Source: Mycolicibacterium smegmatis
GTDB lineage: Bacteria > Actinomycetota > Actinomycetes > Mycobacteriales > Mycobacteriaceae
Direction: 5' to 3'
Assembly (NCBI RefSeq): GCF_001457595.1
Contig: NZ_LN831039.1
Coordinates: forward strand, 1,740,001 to 1,772,000
Length of the DNA stretch: 32,000 nt
A model generated the notes under the pieces. That model was not told where the DNA came from. It saw nothing but the letters and a program-made list of their open reading frames with translations, and searched no databases. The translations under genes and the position numbers were made by a program. Below, one piece after another: positions 21,603 through 32,000 of the stretch. How positions within the stretch are numbered: the stretch's first letter is position 1; each line of letters opens with the position of its first letter.

Positions 21603-22739
21603 ATGCGTGACATGGTTGAAATCGGCATGGGCAGAACCGCCCGCCGCACATACGAACTCGAAGATGTCACGATCGTCCCGTCGCGCCGTACGCGGTCGTC
21701 CAAGGACGTGTCGACGGCGTGGCAGCTCGACGCCTACCGGTTCGAGATCCCCGTGGTCGCCCATCCGACCGACGCGCTGGTGTCGCCGGAGTTCGCGATC
21801 GAGATGGGGCGCCTCGGCGGTCTCGGCGTCCTCAACGGCGAAGGCCTGATCGGCCGTCACGCCGACGTCGAGGAGAAGATCGCCCAGGTGGTCGAGGTGG
21901 CCGCCAAGGAGCCCGAGCCCTCGGCCGCGATCCGTCTGCTGCAACAGCTGCACGCCGCGCCGCTGGATCCCGACCTGCTGGGCGCGGCCGTGGCGCGCAT
22001 CCGCGAGGCGGGTGTGACCACCGCCGTGCGCGTGAGCCCGCAGAACGCCCAGGCCCTGACGCCGACACTGGTGGCGGCCGGGATCGACCTGCTGGTCATC
22101 CAGGGCACGATCATCTCCGCCGAGCGCGTCGCCTCCGATGGTGAGCCGCTCAACCTCAAGACCTTCATCTCCGAGCTCGACGTGCCCGTGGTGGCAGGCG
22201 GCGTGCTCGACCACCGCACCGCGCTGCACCTCATGCGCACCGGCGCGGCCGGCGTCATCGTCGGCTACGGCTCCACGAGCGGTGTGACCACCAGCGACGA
22301 GGTGCTCGGCATCAGCGTGCCGATGGCCACCGCGATCGCCGACGCCGCCGCCGCGCGCCGCGAATACCTCGACGAGACCGGCGGCCGTTACGTGCACGTG
22401 CTCGCCGACGGCGACATCCACAGCTCCGGCGATCTCGCGAAGGCCATCGCGTGCGGTGCCGACGCCGTGGTGCTCGGCACGCCGCTGGCCACCTCGGCCG
22501 AGGCATTGGGCAACGGCTGGTTCTGGCCGTCGGCCGCGGCGCACCCGTCGCTGCCGCGCGGCGCGCTGCTGCAGGTCGCCTTGGGCGAGCGACCTTCGCT
22601 GGAGCAGGTGCTCACCGGTCCGTCCGACGACCCGTTCGGTTCGTTGAACCTGGTCGGCGGTCTGCGCCGCTCGATGGCCAAGGCCGGCTATTGCGATCTC
22701 AAGGAATTCCAGAAAGTGGGCCTGACTGTCGGCAGCTGA
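21603..22739 (+). CDS. guaB3: GuaB3 family IMP dehydrogenase-related protein
   Basis: MVEIGMGRTARRTYELEDVTIVPSRRTRSSKDVSTAWQLDAY...; IMPDH-like barrel without CBS domains, directly after guaB2. Confidence 0.93.
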   Translation: MRDMVEIGMGRTARRTYELEDVTIVPSRRTRSSKDVSTAWQLDAYRFEIPVVAHPTDALVSPEFAIEMGRLGGLGVLNGEGLIGRHADVEEKIAQVVEVAAKEPEPSAAIRLLQQLHAAPLDPDLLGAAVARIREAGVTTAVRVSPQNAQALTPTLVAAGIDLLVIQGTIISAERVASDGEPLNLKTFISELDVPVVAGGVLDHRTALHLMRTGAAGVIVGYGSTSGVTTSDEVLGISVPMATAIADAAAARREYLDETGGRYVHVLADGDIHSSGDLAKAIACGADAVVLGTPLATSAEALGNGWFWPSAAAHPSLPRGALLQVALGERPSLEQVLTGPSDDPFGSLNLVGGLRRSMAKAGYCDLKEFQKVGLTVGS

Positions 22740-22778
22740 GCCGACAGCTTTACAAGTTAGGCCCTCCTGTCTAGAAAG

Positions 22779-22792
22779 TTACCGGCCGGTAA
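22779..22792. promoter_or_regulatory. palindromic site upstream of choD
   Basis: TTACCGGCCGGTAA, perfect 14-bp palindrome 15 bp before the choD ATG. Confidence 0.5.
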
Positions 22793-22807
22793 TCCATACT
22801 GGTTGCC

Positions 22808-24544
22808 ATGAAGCCTGACTACGACGTCTTGGTGATCGGTTCCGGATTCGGCGGAAGCGTGAGTGCGCTGCGGCTCACCGAAAAGGGCTACCGGGTGGGT
22901 GTGCTCGAAGCGGGCCGTCGCTTCTCCGACGAAGAGTTCGCGAAGACCTCGTGGCAGCTCCGCAAATTTCTGTGGGCGCCCAAGCTCGGTTGCTACGGCA
23001 TCCAGCGCATCCACCTGCTGCGCAACGTGATGATCCTGGCCGGCGCCGGTGTCGGCGGCGGATCACTCAATTACGCCAACACGCTGTACGTGCCGCCGGA
23101 GCCGTTCTTCGCCGACCGCCAGTGGGCCGGCATCACCGACTGGCGCGCCGAACTCACGCCGCACTACGACCAGGCGCAGCGCATGCTGGGCGTGGTCACC
23201 AACCCGACCTTCACCGACGCCGACCGCGTGGTGAAAGAGGTCGCCGACGAGATGGGCGTCGGCGACACGTTCGTGCAGACGCCGGTCGGGGTGTTCTTCG
23301 GTCCCGACGGGGAGAAGACGCCCGGCAAGACCGTGCCGGACCCGTACTTCGGTGGCGTGGGCCCGGACCGCACCGGGTGCATCGAGTGCGGATCGTGCAT
23401 GACCGGGTGCCGCTACGGCGCAAAGAACACGCTGCTCAAGAACTACCTGGGGCTCGCAGAACGAGGCGGTGCCGAGGTGCATCCGCTGCGGACCGTGGCC
23501 GGGTTCGAACAACTGCCCGACGGCACCTGGCGCGTCGACACCGTACGCACCGGCCGGTGGGCACGTAAGGACAAGCGCTCGTTCACCGCGACACACGTGG
23601 TGCTGGCCGCGGGCACCTGGGGTACGCAGCGGCTGCTGTTCAAGATGCGCGACACCGGCAAGCTGCCCAAGCTGTCGTCGCGGCTGGGCGTGCTGACGCG
23701 CACCAACTCCGAATCGATCGTCGGGGCCGGGCGCTACGAGGTCACGCCGGATCTGGACCTCACCCACGGCGTGGCGATCACGTCGTCGATCCACCCGACA
23801 CCCGACACCCACATCGAACCCGTGCGCTACGGCAAGGGCTCCAACGCGATGGGGCTGCTGCAGACGCTGATGACCGACGGCGACGGACCCGACGGCGCGG
23901 GAATCCCGCGATGGAAACAGCTGCTGCGCAACGCCGCCGAGGACCCGCGTGGCACACTGCGCCTGCTCAACGTGCACCGCTGGAGTGAGCGCACGCTCAT
24001 CGCGCTGGTCATGCAGCATCTGGACAACTCGATCACCACCTACACCAAACGCAACCGTCTGGGCATCCGGCGCTACCTGAGCAAGCAGGGGCACGGTGCG
24101 CCCAACCCCACCTGGATCCCGGTGGGCAACGAGGTGACCCGGCGGATCGCCAAGAAGATCGACGGCGTCGCGGGCGGCACGTGGGGCGAGCTGTTCAACA
24201 TCCCGCTGACCGCGCACTTCCTCGGCGGCGCTGCCATCGGCGACAGCCCGGAAACCGGCGTCATCGACCCCTACCAGCGCGTCTACAACTATCCGACGCT
24301 GCACGTCATGGACGGCGCTGCGATCTCGGCCAACCTCGGGGTGAACCCGTCGCTGTCCATCACGGCCCAGGCCGAGCGGGCGACGTCGCTGTGGCCCAAC
24401 AAGGGCGAGCAGGATCAGCGGCCCGACCAGGGCGAGCCGTACCGGCGGCTCGCGTCGATCGCGCCCGTCCATCCCGTGGTGCCCGCCGACGCTCCTGGCG
24501 CGCTGCGCCGGCTGCCGATCGAACCCGTGTCGTCGGCGGGGTAG
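22808..24544 (+). CDS. choD: GMC-family oxidoreductase, cholesterol oxidase ChoD
   Basis: FAD-binding VLVIGSGFGGSVSALRLTEKGYRVGVLEAG; GAGVGGGSLNYAN; HVMDGAAISANLGVNPSLSITAQAER; position next to guaB3 as in other mycobacteria. Confidence 0.92.
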   Translation: MKPDYDVLVIGSGFGGSVSALRLTEKGYRVGVLEAGRRFSDEEFAKTSWQLRKFLWAPKLGCYGIQRIHLLRNVMILAGAGVGGGSLNYANTLYVPPEPFFADRQWAGITDWRAELTPHYDQAQRMLGVVTNPTFTDADRVVKEVADEMGVGDTFVQTPVGVFFGPDGEKTPGKTVPDPYFGGVGPDRTGCIECGSCMTGCRYGAKNTLLKNYLGLAERGGAEVHPLRTVAGFEQLPDGTWRVDTVRTGRWARKDKRSFTATHVVLAAGTWGTQRLLFKMRDTGKLPKLSSRLGVLTRTNSESIVGAGRYEVTPDLDLTHGVAITSSIHPTPDTHIEPVRYGKGSNAMGLLQTLMTDGDGPDGAGIPRWKQLLRNAAEDPRGTLRLLNVHRWSERTLIALVMQHLDNSITTYTKRNRLGIRRYLSKQGHGAPNPTWIPVGNEVTRRIAKKIDGVAGGTWGELFNIPLTAHFLGGAAIGDSPETGVIDPYQRVYNYPTLHVMDGAAISANLGVNPSLSITAQAERATSLWPNKGEQDQRPDQGEPYRRLASIAPVHPVVPADAPGALRRLPIEPVSSAG

Positions 24545-24626
24545 AAACGTCGATTGAAGAGGCCACCGGATGGGTACCTACGTCCTCATCCGGGGCGACG
24601 GGTTCCCGGCCGGGAGGTCATGGGCG

Positions 24627-25286
24627 ATGCGAGCTGTGTTCCACCAGCAGCTGACCGCGCTGAGCGCGGAGCTGGGCGAGATGTGCGGTCTGGCGGCGAG
24701 CGCGATGGAGCGCGCGACGCAGGCTCTCCTGGAATCCGATCTGACGCTGGCCGAAGAGGTTCTGGACACCCACGAGCTCATCGCGCTGCGCAACCGGCAC
24801 GTCGAGCAGACGGCGTTCAAACTGCTCGCGTTGCAGCAGCCCGTGGCCAGTGAGCTGCGTATGGTTGTCGGGTCCATGCACATCGCCGCCGATCTCGACC
24901 GCATGGGCGCGCTCGCCTCGCACGTGGCCCGCATCTCCCGGCTGCGCCATCCCGACTGCGCGGTGCCCGCCGATGTCCGCGCCAGCATCGCCGCCATGGG
25001 CGCCGGGGCCGTGAAGCTCGCCCGCATCGCGCAAGAGGTGCTGATCACGCGGGACCCCGACACCGCGGCGCGGCTGCGAGCCGAGGACGACGCGGTCGAC
25101 GCCGAACACCGGCATCTGTTCACGCTCCTGATGGACCACCACTGGCAGGACGGCGTGAGCTGTGCGGTGGATGTCGCGCTGCTCAGCCGCTATTACGAGC
25201 GGTTCGCCGACCATGCCGTCGAGATCGGCAAGCGCGTGGTGTTCGAGGCGACCGGCGGTATGCCGAGCCACAAGAAACTCGCCTGA
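24627..25286 (+). CDS. PhoU-family phosphate transport regulator
   Basis: MRAVFHQQLTALSAELGEMCGLAASAMERATQALLESD...ERFADHAVEIGKRVVF. ATG at 24627 preferred over 24570. Confidence 0.9.
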   Translation: MRAVFHQQLTALSAELGEMCGLAASAMERATQALLESDLTLAEEVLDTHELIALRNRHVEQTAFKLLALQQPVASELRMVVGSMHIAADLDRMGALASHVARISRLRHPDCAVPADVRASIAAMGAGAVKLARIAQEVLITRDPDTAARLRAEDDAVDAEHRHLFTLLMDHHWQDGVSCAVDVALLSRYYERFADHAVEIGKRVVFEATGGMPSHKKLA

Positions 25287-25303
25287 TTACCGGCTAGCGG
25301 TAA
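25287..25303. promoter_or_regulatory. palindromic site upstream of the benzoylformate decarboxylase gene
   Basis: TTACCG-GCTAG-CGGTAA, immediately after the phoU-like stop codon. Confidence 0.4.
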
Positions 25304-25440
25304 ACAGCGGGTACGGAGCAGATCACCAGGGAGATGCCAGGCAGCGTCGATGCTGCCGGATACCGCTTCGAGAGAAGGTTTTCGCAGCCTCAGCAACAGC
25401 TGAACAGCCGAAAATATTCCCTCCGACAGGCGGTAATCCA

Positions 25441-27054
25441 ATGTCCGATCAGAAGACCGTTCACGACGTCACCTACGATCTGCTGCGAAAGCTCGGTCTG
25501 ACAACAGTTTTCGGTAACCCCGGCTCCACCGAGGAGTCGTTTCTGCGGGACTTCCCCGAGGATTTCACCTACGTGCTCGCGCTGCAGGAGGCCTCCGCGC
25601 TGGTCATGGCCGACGGTTTCGCGCAGGCGACCGGCAAGCCCGCGCTGGTGAATCTGCACACCGCGGCAGGTACCGGTAACGCGATGGGCAGCCTGGTCGC
25701 GGCGTACCGGGCCAACACGCCGCTCATCATCACCGCCGGGCAGCAGACCCGCGAGATGTCGGTCGTCGACCCGTATCTCAACAATCCCGACGCGACCACG
25801 ATGCCCAAGCCGTGGGTCAAGTGGTCGTACGAACCGGCCCGTGCCGAGGACGTCCCGGCGGCGTTCATGCAGGCCTACGCGGTCGCCATGCAGCCGCCCA
25901 TGGGCCCGGTGTTCCTGTCCATCCCGCTGGACGACTGGGACAAGCCCGCACTCGGGCCCGCCGCCGTCCGCAGCGTCAGCACCCGCGTCGCGCCCGACGC
26001 CGAACGCCTGGCACAGTTCGCCGAGCGCATCAACGCGGCCAAGCACCCCATGCTGGTGCTCGGGCCCGAGGTGGACCGGGCCGGCGCCTGGGATGCCGGC
26101 ATCGAGTTTGCCGAAAAGCTCGGTGCGCCAGTACATGCCAGCGCGTTGCCGGATCGCATGTCCTTCCCCGAGGATCACCCGCTGTACGCAGGCCCGCTGC
26201 CCATGACCATCGCGGGCGTCGAACAGGCCGTCAGCGCCTACGATCTGGTCGTGGTGGTCGGCGCCGAGGTGTTCCGGTACTACCCGTACGTGCCGGGGGA
26301 GTACCTGCCGGAGGGCACCGATCTGCTGCAGATCACCGCCGACCCGCACCGCAGTGCCGTGGCCCCGGTGGGCGACAGCCTGGTCGGCGATGTCGGCATC
26401 GCACTGAGCCGGCTCACCGAGCTGATCGACACCCCGGCCGACCGTGTGCCACCGAAACCACTGGTGCGGCAGCGTCATTCGGACATCCCATCGACAGCGC
26501 CCATGACCTCCAACGCGGTCTACGAGGTGCTGAGCAACGTCAAGCCCGACGACGCCGCGGTGGTCATGGAATCGACGTCGACCATGCTCGACCTGTTCAC
26601 GTGGCTGCCGACGACGCACCCCGCGAGCTTCTTCGCGACGGGCAGCGGCGGTATCGGGTGGGGCGTGCCCGCGGCCGTGGGCATCGCCCTCGGTGACCGC
26701 GCCCGCGGCGTCGACCGCACGGTCGTCGCGACCATCGGCGACGGTTCCTTCCAGTACTCGATCCAGGCGATCTGGACTGCCGCGCAACACAAACTGCCCA
26801 TCGTGTTCGTGGTGCTGCGCAACGGCGAGTACGCGATCCTCAAGTCGTTCGCCAACCTGGAGAAGACACCGAACGTGCCCGGGCTGCAACTTCCCGGCCT
26901 GGACATCTCGTCGCTGGCCGCCGGATTCGGTTGCCGCACCGCCACAGTCGAGAGCACCGACATGCTCGAGGCCGAGTTCAAGACCGCGCTGCAGGCCGAC
27001 GGCCCCACGGTGCTGGTGGTGCCCACCCTGCCCCAGCTGCCCCAGCTCGGCTGA
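25441..27054 (+). CDS. mdlC: thiamine-diphosphate enzyme, benzoylformate decarboxylase-like
   Basis: TTVFGNPGSTEESFLRDFP, LQEASALVMADGFAQATGKPALVNLHTAAGTGNAMG, TPP motif GDGSFQYSIQAIWTAAQHKLPIVFVVLRNGEYAILK. Confidence 0.9.
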   Translation: MSDQKTVHDVTYDLLRKLGLTTVFGNPGSTEESFLRDFPEDFTYVLALQEASALVMADGFAQATGKPALVNLHTAAGTGNAMGSLVAAYRANTPLIITAGQQTREMSVVDPYLNNPDATTMPKPWVKWSYEPARAEDVPAAFMQAYAVAMQPPMGPVFLSIPLDDWDKPALGPAAVRSVSTRVAPDAERLAQFAERINAAKHPMLVLGPEVDRAGAWDAGIEFAEKLGAPVHASALPDRMSFPEDHPLYAGPLPMTIAGVEQAVSAYDLVVVVGAEVFRYYPYVPGEYLPEGTDLLQITADPHRSAVAPVGDSLVGDVGIALSRLTELIDTPADRVPPKPLVRQRHSDIPSTAPMTSNAVYEVLSNVKPDDAAVVMESTSTMLDLFTWLPTTHPASFFATGSGGIGWGVPAAVGIALGDRARGVDRTVVATIGDGSFQYSIQAIWTAAQHKLPIVFVVLRNGEYAILKSFANLEKTPNVPGLQLPGLDISSLAAGFGCRTATVESTDMLEAEFKTALQADGPTVLVVPTLPQLPQLG

Positions 27055-27081
27055 GCCCGGTCACGAACAGGAGACGAAACG

Positions 27082-27501
27082 ATGCCCGTCTACACCGTCA
27101 CCATGTCCCGCGGCACCCTGAACGGCGAGACCAAAGCGGCCCTGGCCGCCGAGATCACCACCATCCACTCCGCGGTCAACCACGTTCCCTCGACCTACAT
27201 CAACGTGCTGTTCAACGAGCTGGCGCCCTCCAACGTCTACACCGACGGCAAGCCCGCCCATCCGTTGATCATCAACGGATGGGTACGCACCGGACACTCC
27301 GACGAGCAGACCACCGCGCTGGTGACCCAGGTCGCCGACGCCGCGACCCGGATCACCGGAATCCCCGCCGAGCGGGTGCTGGTGATCATCGGCAACAGCC
27401 CGGCGCGGTTCGCCATCGAAGGCGGCCGCATCCTGCCGGACCCGGGTCAGGAACTCGCCTGGCTCGCCGCGACAACTGAACACAGCCCGGGGGCTCGGTA
27501 A
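27082..27501 (+). CDS. 4-oxalocrotonate tautomerase-like (tautomerase/MIF superfamily) protein
   Basis: Starts M-PVYTVTMSRGTL, with Pro at position 2 as in this superfamily; about 139 aa. Confidence 0.8.
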   Translation: MPVYTVTMSRGTLNGETKAALAAEITTIHSAVNHVPSTYINVLFNELAPSNVYTDGKPAHPLIINGWVRTGHSDEQTTALVTQVADAATRITGIPAERVLVIIGNSPARFAIEGGRILPDPGQELAWLAATTEHSPGAR

Positions 27502-27510
27502 TTCAGGCCA

Positions 27511-29874
27511 TCAGTGCCCGGCCGGCCTGCGCCGCAGGGGTTCACGCCCCGGCGGTTGCGGTGGCGCAGGCAACAACGGGTGGCGGGGACGGACCGCGAC
27601 CGTGGTCGGTTCCGACGTACTGAGCACCAGCTCCTCACCGGCGTGCCGGATGGCCAATGTGCCATCCGGCCCGTCGCGTAAGGTGTACGTGACGTTGGCG
27701 TGGTCGGCATGCACAGTCACCCGGAACCCCTTCCAGCGCAACCGGAATCGCAGACACGAGATCCCGTCCGGCAGATGCGGATCCAGCGACAGGATGCCCT
27801 CGTCGTCACGCAGCCCGCCGAAACCGGCAACCAGGGCGGTCCACGCCCCGGCCAACGAGGCCATGTGCAGACCGTCGCGGGTGTTGCGGTGCAGATCCCG
27901 CAGATCGATCATGGCGGCTTCGTAGGTGTAGTCGTGGGCGAGAGCGAGATGGCCCACGTCGGCGCACATCACGGCCTGGGTGCAGGCCGACAGCGACGAG
28001 TCGCGCGTCGTGCGACGCTCGTAGTAATCGACGTTGTGGGCCTTCTGCTCCGGGGTGAACGCGTGGCTCTGCCACTGCATCGCGAGCACCAGATCCGCCT
28101 GCTTGAGCACCTGTGCCGGGTAAAGCCGCACGTACGGTTCGTTCATCAGCAGCGGGTAGACCGTGTTGGCCGAGAAGTCCCACTCCGCCAGCGTCGTGAA
28201 CCCCTCGCACTGTGGGTGCACACCCAATTCCTCGTCGTACGGGATGTGGGCGGCCTCGGCCGCGTCGCGCCACGCCGCGGTCTCCTCGGTGGTGACGCCC
28301 ATCGCGTACGCCGCGTCGGGATGGCGGATGCAGGCGTCGGCGGCGACGCGCAGGTTGTGGGCCGCCATCAGATTGGTGAAGACGTTGTCGCGTACCACCG
28401 CGGTGTACTCGTCGGGGCCGGTGACGCCGTCGAGGTGCCAGACGCCGTGGCGGTCGTGGTGCCCCAGTGACATCCACAGGCGTGCCGTGTCCACGAGGAC
28501 CTCAAGGCCGCATTCCTGCTCCAGCGACTCGTCCCCGGTGACGATGCGGTAGCGCTCGAACGCCATCGCGATGTCGGCGTTGATGTGCCACGCCGCGGTG
28601 CCCGCGGGCCAGTACGCCGAACACTCCTCGCCGCGGATGGTGCGCCACGGGAAACTCGCTCCCTTGAGGTCGAGCAGCGCCGCACGTTCCCGTGCGAGGT
28701 CGAGTGTGGAGGCGCGCCACCGCAGCGCGTCGGCCGCGGCCTGCGGTTTGGTGTAGGTCAGCACCGGCAGCACGAAACCTTCGGTGTCCCAGAAGGCGTG
28801 CCCGTCGTACCCGGTGCCGGTGAGACCTTTGCCCGCGATGGCGCGGCGCTCGGCGCGCGCACTGGCCTGCAGCACATGGAACAGCCCGAAACGCACGGCC
28901 TGCTGGCAGTCCGGGTCGCCTTCGACCTCGACGTCGGCGCTGTCCCAGAACTCGTCGAGGTAGGCCCGCTGGGATTCCAGCAGGCCCTGCCAACCGCTGT
29001 ACCGCGCGCCGGTGATGGCACCCGCGGCCTGATCGCGCAGCGCGGGCCGTGACCGCAGGCTCGACCAGCCGTAGGCCAGATACTTGACGATGCGCAGCTT
29101 CTGGCCCGGACGCAGCCCGCAGATGACGGTGGTGCGCGCGAGGTCCTCGTAGGCGCCGGTGCTGATCTCGACGCGGCCGGGCACCTCGACGTCATGATCC
29201 ATCGCCGCGGCCACCATGAGCCCGCTGGCCTGCGTGCGGTGCACGAGAAGCGCACCGTGGTCGGTCTTTTCGTGATGCACCGGTTGCAGCGGGTTCCTCA
29301 GGATGGCCGCGACGCGCGGGTCGCCGAGCGTTTCCGGCTGGTCTTCGTTGGCGACCAGTTCGGATTGCACCGTGATGCGGGTGAACTGGTCGACGGCCTC
29401 CACGGTGTACTCGATGGCCGCGACGCCGCGGTGGGCCAGTGACACCAGCCGCGTGGTCTCGACGCGGACCTGCTTGCCCGCGGGAGAGCACCAGTGAGCG
29501 CGGCGGTTGAGGGTGCCCGCACGCATGTCGAGCGTGCGCTCGTGGTCGATGAGTTCGCCGTAGCGCACGTCGAACGGTTCGTCGTCGACGAGCAGGCGCA
29601 GGATCTTGCCGTTGGTGACGTTGACCACGGTCTGGCCGGCCTCCGGATACCCGAACCCGGCCTCCGCGTAGGGCAGTGGCCGTATCTCGAAGAACCCGGC
29701 CAGATACGTCCCGGGCAGGCCGTGCGGTTCCCCCTCTTCGAGATTGCCGCGCAAACCGATGTGGCCGTTGGACAACGCGAACAGCGACTCCGACTGTGCG
29801 AGCAGGTTGAGGTCCAGGCGTGTCTCACGTACCTGCCACGGTTCGACCGGGTACGCGTCGTGGGTGATCATCAT
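27511..29874 (-). CDS. glycoside hydrolase family 65 disaccharide phosphorylase (trehalose/maltose/kojibiose-type)
   Basis: [72 protein letters not shown], catalytic region [23 protein letters not shown]. Confidence 0.93.
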   Translation of the reverse strand: MMITHDAYPVEPWQVRETRLDLNLLAQSESLFALSNGHIGLRGNLEEGEPHGLPGTYLAGFFEIRPLPYAEAGFGYPEAGQTVVNVTNGKILRLLVDDEPFDVRYGELIDHERTLDMRAGTLNRRAHWCSPAGKQVRVETTRLVSLAHRGVAAIEYTVEAVDQFTRITVQSELVANEDQPETLGDPRVAAILRNPLQPVHHEKTDHGALLVHRTQASGLMVAAAMDHDVEVPGRVEISTGAYEDLARTTVICGLRPGQKLRIVKYLAYGWSSLRSRPALRDQAAGAITGARYSGWQGLLESQRAYLDEFWDSADVEVEGDPDCQQAVRFGLFHVLQASARAERRAIAGKGLTGTGYDGHAFWDTEGFVLPVLTYTKPQAAADALRWRASTLDLARERAALLDLKGASFPWRTIRGEECSAYWPAGTAAWHINADIAMAFERYRIVTGDESLEQECGLEVLVDTARLWMSLGHHDRHGVWHLDGVTGPDEYTAVVRDNVFTNLMAAHNLRVAADACIRHPDAAYAMGVTTEETAAWRDAAEAAHIPYDEELGVHPQCEGFTTLAEWDFSANTVYPLLMNEPYVRLYPAQVLKQADLVLAMQWQSHAFTPEQKAHNVDYYERRTTRDSSLSACTQAVMCADVGHLALAHDYTYEAAMIDLRDLHRNTRDGLHMASLAGAWTALVAGFGGLRDDEGILSLDPHLPDGISCLRFRLRWKGFRVTVHADHANVTYTLRDGPDGTLAIRHAGEELVLSTSEPTTVAVRPRHPLLPAPPQPPGREPLRRRPAGH

Positions 29875-30686
29875 GGCTGCAGCCGCTCCGAGGGCCGCTC
29901 CGGGGCGTCGAGCAGTTGCGCCAGGTCGGTCACCACGACGTCGGCTCCGTCGCGGCGCAGCTGCTCGCCCTGTCCTACCCGGTCGACTCCGACCACGTAG
30001 CCGAATTTCCCGGCGCGCCCCGCAGCCACCCCCGACAACGCGTCCTCGAACACCGCCGCGTGCGCGGGAGTTACGTCCAGCAGTTGGGCGGCACGCAGGA
30101 AACTGTCGGGAGCGGGCTTGCCGCTGAGGTTCTCGTCGCGCATCGTCACGCCGTCGACCCGGTGCTCGATCAGCGGTGCGAGTCCGGTGATCTCCAGCAC
30201 CTCACGCGTGTTGGCACTCGACGACACCACGGCGCGCCGCAGACCGGCGGACGCGGCCGCCTCCAGATACCGTCGTGACCCCTCGAACACCTCGACGCCA
30301 TCCTTGCGCAACGTCGTGTGGAACATGTCGTTCTTGCGGTTTCCCAGCCCGTGCACGGTCTCGGCGTCGGGCGGATCATCCGGCCCGCCCTCGGGCAGTT
30401 CGATGCCGCGGCTCGACAGGAACGACCGGACGCCGTCCTCTCGCCGCTTGCCGTCGACGTACCGCAGGTAGTCGTCGGCGATGTCGAACGGCACGAACGG
30501 TTCCCCGGTGGACTGCGCCCGCGCTCGCAGATAGTCGTCGAACATCGCCTTCCACGCCTTTTTGTGCACGCTGGCCGTGTCGGTGAGCACGCCGTCCAGG
30601 TCGAACAGGCACGCCGTGATCTGCTCGGGGAGCCCCAGCACAAGTCCCTCGCTTCTGTGAGTTTCGTCCTCCGACCACCGCACCAC
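29871..30686 (-). CDS. HAD-superfamily beta-phosphoglucomutase-like hydrolase
   Basis: [57 protein letters not shown]...[15 protein letters not shown]; overlaps the GH65 start (ATGA). Confidence 0.93.
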   Translation of the reverse strand: MVRWSEDETHRSEGLVLGLPEQITACLFDLDGVLTDTASVHKKAWKAMFDDYLRARAQSTGEPFVPFDIADDYLRYVDGKRREDGVRSFLSSRGIELPEGGPDDPPDAETVHGLGNRKNDMFHTTLRKDGVEVFEGSRRYLEAAASAGLRRAVVSSSANTREVLEITGLAPLIEHRVDGVTMRDENLSGKPAPDSFLRAAQLLDVTPAHAAVFEDALSGVAAGRAGKFGYVVGVDRVGQGEQLRRDGADVVVTDLAQLLDAPERPSERLQP

Positions 30687-30812
30687 ATCGGCACAGTCGC
30701 CGCCAGGAGCTTGAGAAAAGCGTTATCGGGGCGGGATAACCATCGAAGCGCGAAGCGAACCACCAGGCCGGGCATCGGCGGGAACGATCAGTGCAGCTCT
30801 TAGACTGTTGCG

Positions 30813-32000
30813 GTGGCATCAGAATCTCCCCGTCCCGTTCTCGTCATCGACTACGGCGCGCAGTACGCCCAGCTGATCGCACGGCGGGTCCGTGAGGCGC
30901 GGGTGTATTCGGAAGTCGTCCCGCACACCGCAGGCGTCGAGGAGATCAAGGCCAAGGATCCCCAGGCCATCGTGTTGTCGGGTGGACCGGCCAGCGTCTA
31001 CACCGAGGGCGCCCCGCAGCTCGATCCCGCGCTGTTCGACCTGGACGTTCCGGTGTTCGGCATCTGCTACGGCTTCCAGGCCATGGCGCAGGCCCTCGGC
31101 GGCACCGTCGAGCGCACCGGCACCAGCGAGTTCGGCCGCACCGAGCTGCAGGTCACCGGTGGCGACCTGCACTCCGAGCTGCCCGCCACGCAGCCGGTGT
31201 GGATGAGCCACGGCGACGCGGTGACCGCGGCGCCCGAGGGCTTCGACGTGATCGCCTCCAGCGCCGGTGCGCCCGTCGCGGGCTTCGAGAACCGCGCGCG
31301 CCGCCTGGCAGGTGTGCAATATCACCCCGAGGTCCTGCACTCGCCGCACGGCCAGCAGGTGCTCAGCCGGTTCCTGCACGACTTCGCCGGTATCGACGCG
31401 ACGTGGACACCCGCCAACATCGCCGATCAGCTGATCGAGGCGGTGCGTGAGCAGATCGGTGACGGCCGCGCGATCTGCGGCCTGTCCGGCGGCGTGGACT
31501 CCGCCGTGGCCGCGGCGCTGGTGCAGCGCGCCATCGGGGACCGGCTGACGTGTGTGTTCGTCGACCACGGCCTGCTGCGCGCGGGCGAGCGCGCCCAGGT
31601 GCAGCGCGACTTCGTCGCCGCGACCGGCGCCAAGCTGGTCACCGTCGACGTCGCAGACCGGTTCCTGGAAGCGCTGACCGGCGTGACCAACCCCGAGGGC
31701 AAGCGCAAGATCATCGGCCGCGAATTCATCCGCGCGTTCGAGGGCGCGGTGCGTGACCTGGTCGAGGATGAGGGCAGCGGCGACATCGACTTCCTGGTGC
31801 AGGGCACGCTGTACCCCGACGTCGTGGAATCCGGCGGCGGTTCCGGCACGGCCAACATCAAGAGCCATCACAACGTCGGCGGGCTGCCCGACGATCTGAA
31901 GTTCAAGCTCGTCGAGCCGCTGCGGCTGCTGTTCAAGGACGAGGTCCGCGCGGTGGGCCGTGAACTCGGACTCCCCGAGGAAATCGTTGCGCGCCAACCC
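30813..32000 (+). CDS. guaA: GMP synthase (glutamine-hydrolysing), 3' partial
   Basis: [38 protein letters not shown], amidotransferase GICYGFQ, PP-loop [17 protein letters not shown]; open to the end of the window. Confidence 0.97.
   Translation, partial: MASESPRPVLVIDYGAQYAQLIARRVREARVYSEVVPHTAGVEEIKAKDPQAIVLSGGPASVYTEGAPQLDPALFDLDVPVFGICYGFQAMAQALGGTVERTGTSEFGRTELQVTGGDLHSELPATQPVWMSHGDAVTAAPEGFDVIASSAGAPVAGFENRARRLAGVQYHPEVLHSPHGQQVLSRFLHDFAGIDATWTPANIADQLIEAVREQIGDGRAICGLSGGVDSAVAAALVQRAIGDRLTCVFVDHGLLRAGERAQVQRDFVAATGAKLVTVDVADRFLEALTGVTNPEGKRKIIGREFIRAFEGAVRDLVEDEGSGDIDFLVQGTLYPDVVESGGGSGTANIKSHHNVGGLPDDLKFKLVEPLRLLFKDEVRAVGRELGLPEEIVARQP

Noticed and set aside
23063-24472. 469-aa minus-strand ORF over choD
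   Set aside because: Shadow ORF; the plus strand encodes a full GMC oxidoreductase.
25390-26889. 499-aa minus-strand ORF over the benzoylformate decarboxylase gene
   Set aside because: Shadow ORF; His/Arg/Gly-rich with no motif.
30819-31997. 392-aa minus-strand ORF at the right edge
   Set aside because: Antisense to guaA, whose plus-strand frame is open from 30813 to the window end but is missing from the ORF track.

Overview
This window looks like an ordinary actinobacterial chromosome segment. Gene order and protein sequences match Mycolicibacterium (very likely M. smegmatis). From left to right it holds: a 5'-partial alpha/beta hydrolase, the t6A/RimI cluster (tsaE-tsaB-rimI-tsaD), an NTF2/SnoaL-like gene, and groES-groEL1 with a CIRCE operator; a decayed SnoaL/ester-cyclase fragment, a beta-lactamase-family lipoprotein, a small secreted protein, a secreted alpha/beta hydrolase, and a Ser/Thr-rich exported protein with an IS1380-like element abutting its 5' end; a membrane protein, an enoyl-CoA hydratase, and an SDR/TetR divergent pair with a double palindromic operator; whiB3, a conserved hypothetical, sigD-rsdA, a DUF5319-type gene, guaB2, guaB3 and choD; a phoU-like gene, benzoylformate decarboxylase plus tautomerase, a GH65 phosphorylase plus HAD phosphatase/mutase, and a 3'-partial guaA. 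I found no convincing undescribed multi-gene system. The most notable observations are a 48-bp sequence in groEL1 that matches the mycobacteriophage Bxb1 attB as I recall it, the IS insertion that seems to have removed the start of the Ser/Thr-rich exported protein, the frameshifted ester-cyclase remnant, an imperfect 53-bp palindrome in unexplained DNA, the SDR/TetR operator pair, and matching TTACCG...CGGTAA palindromes upstream of choD and mdlC.
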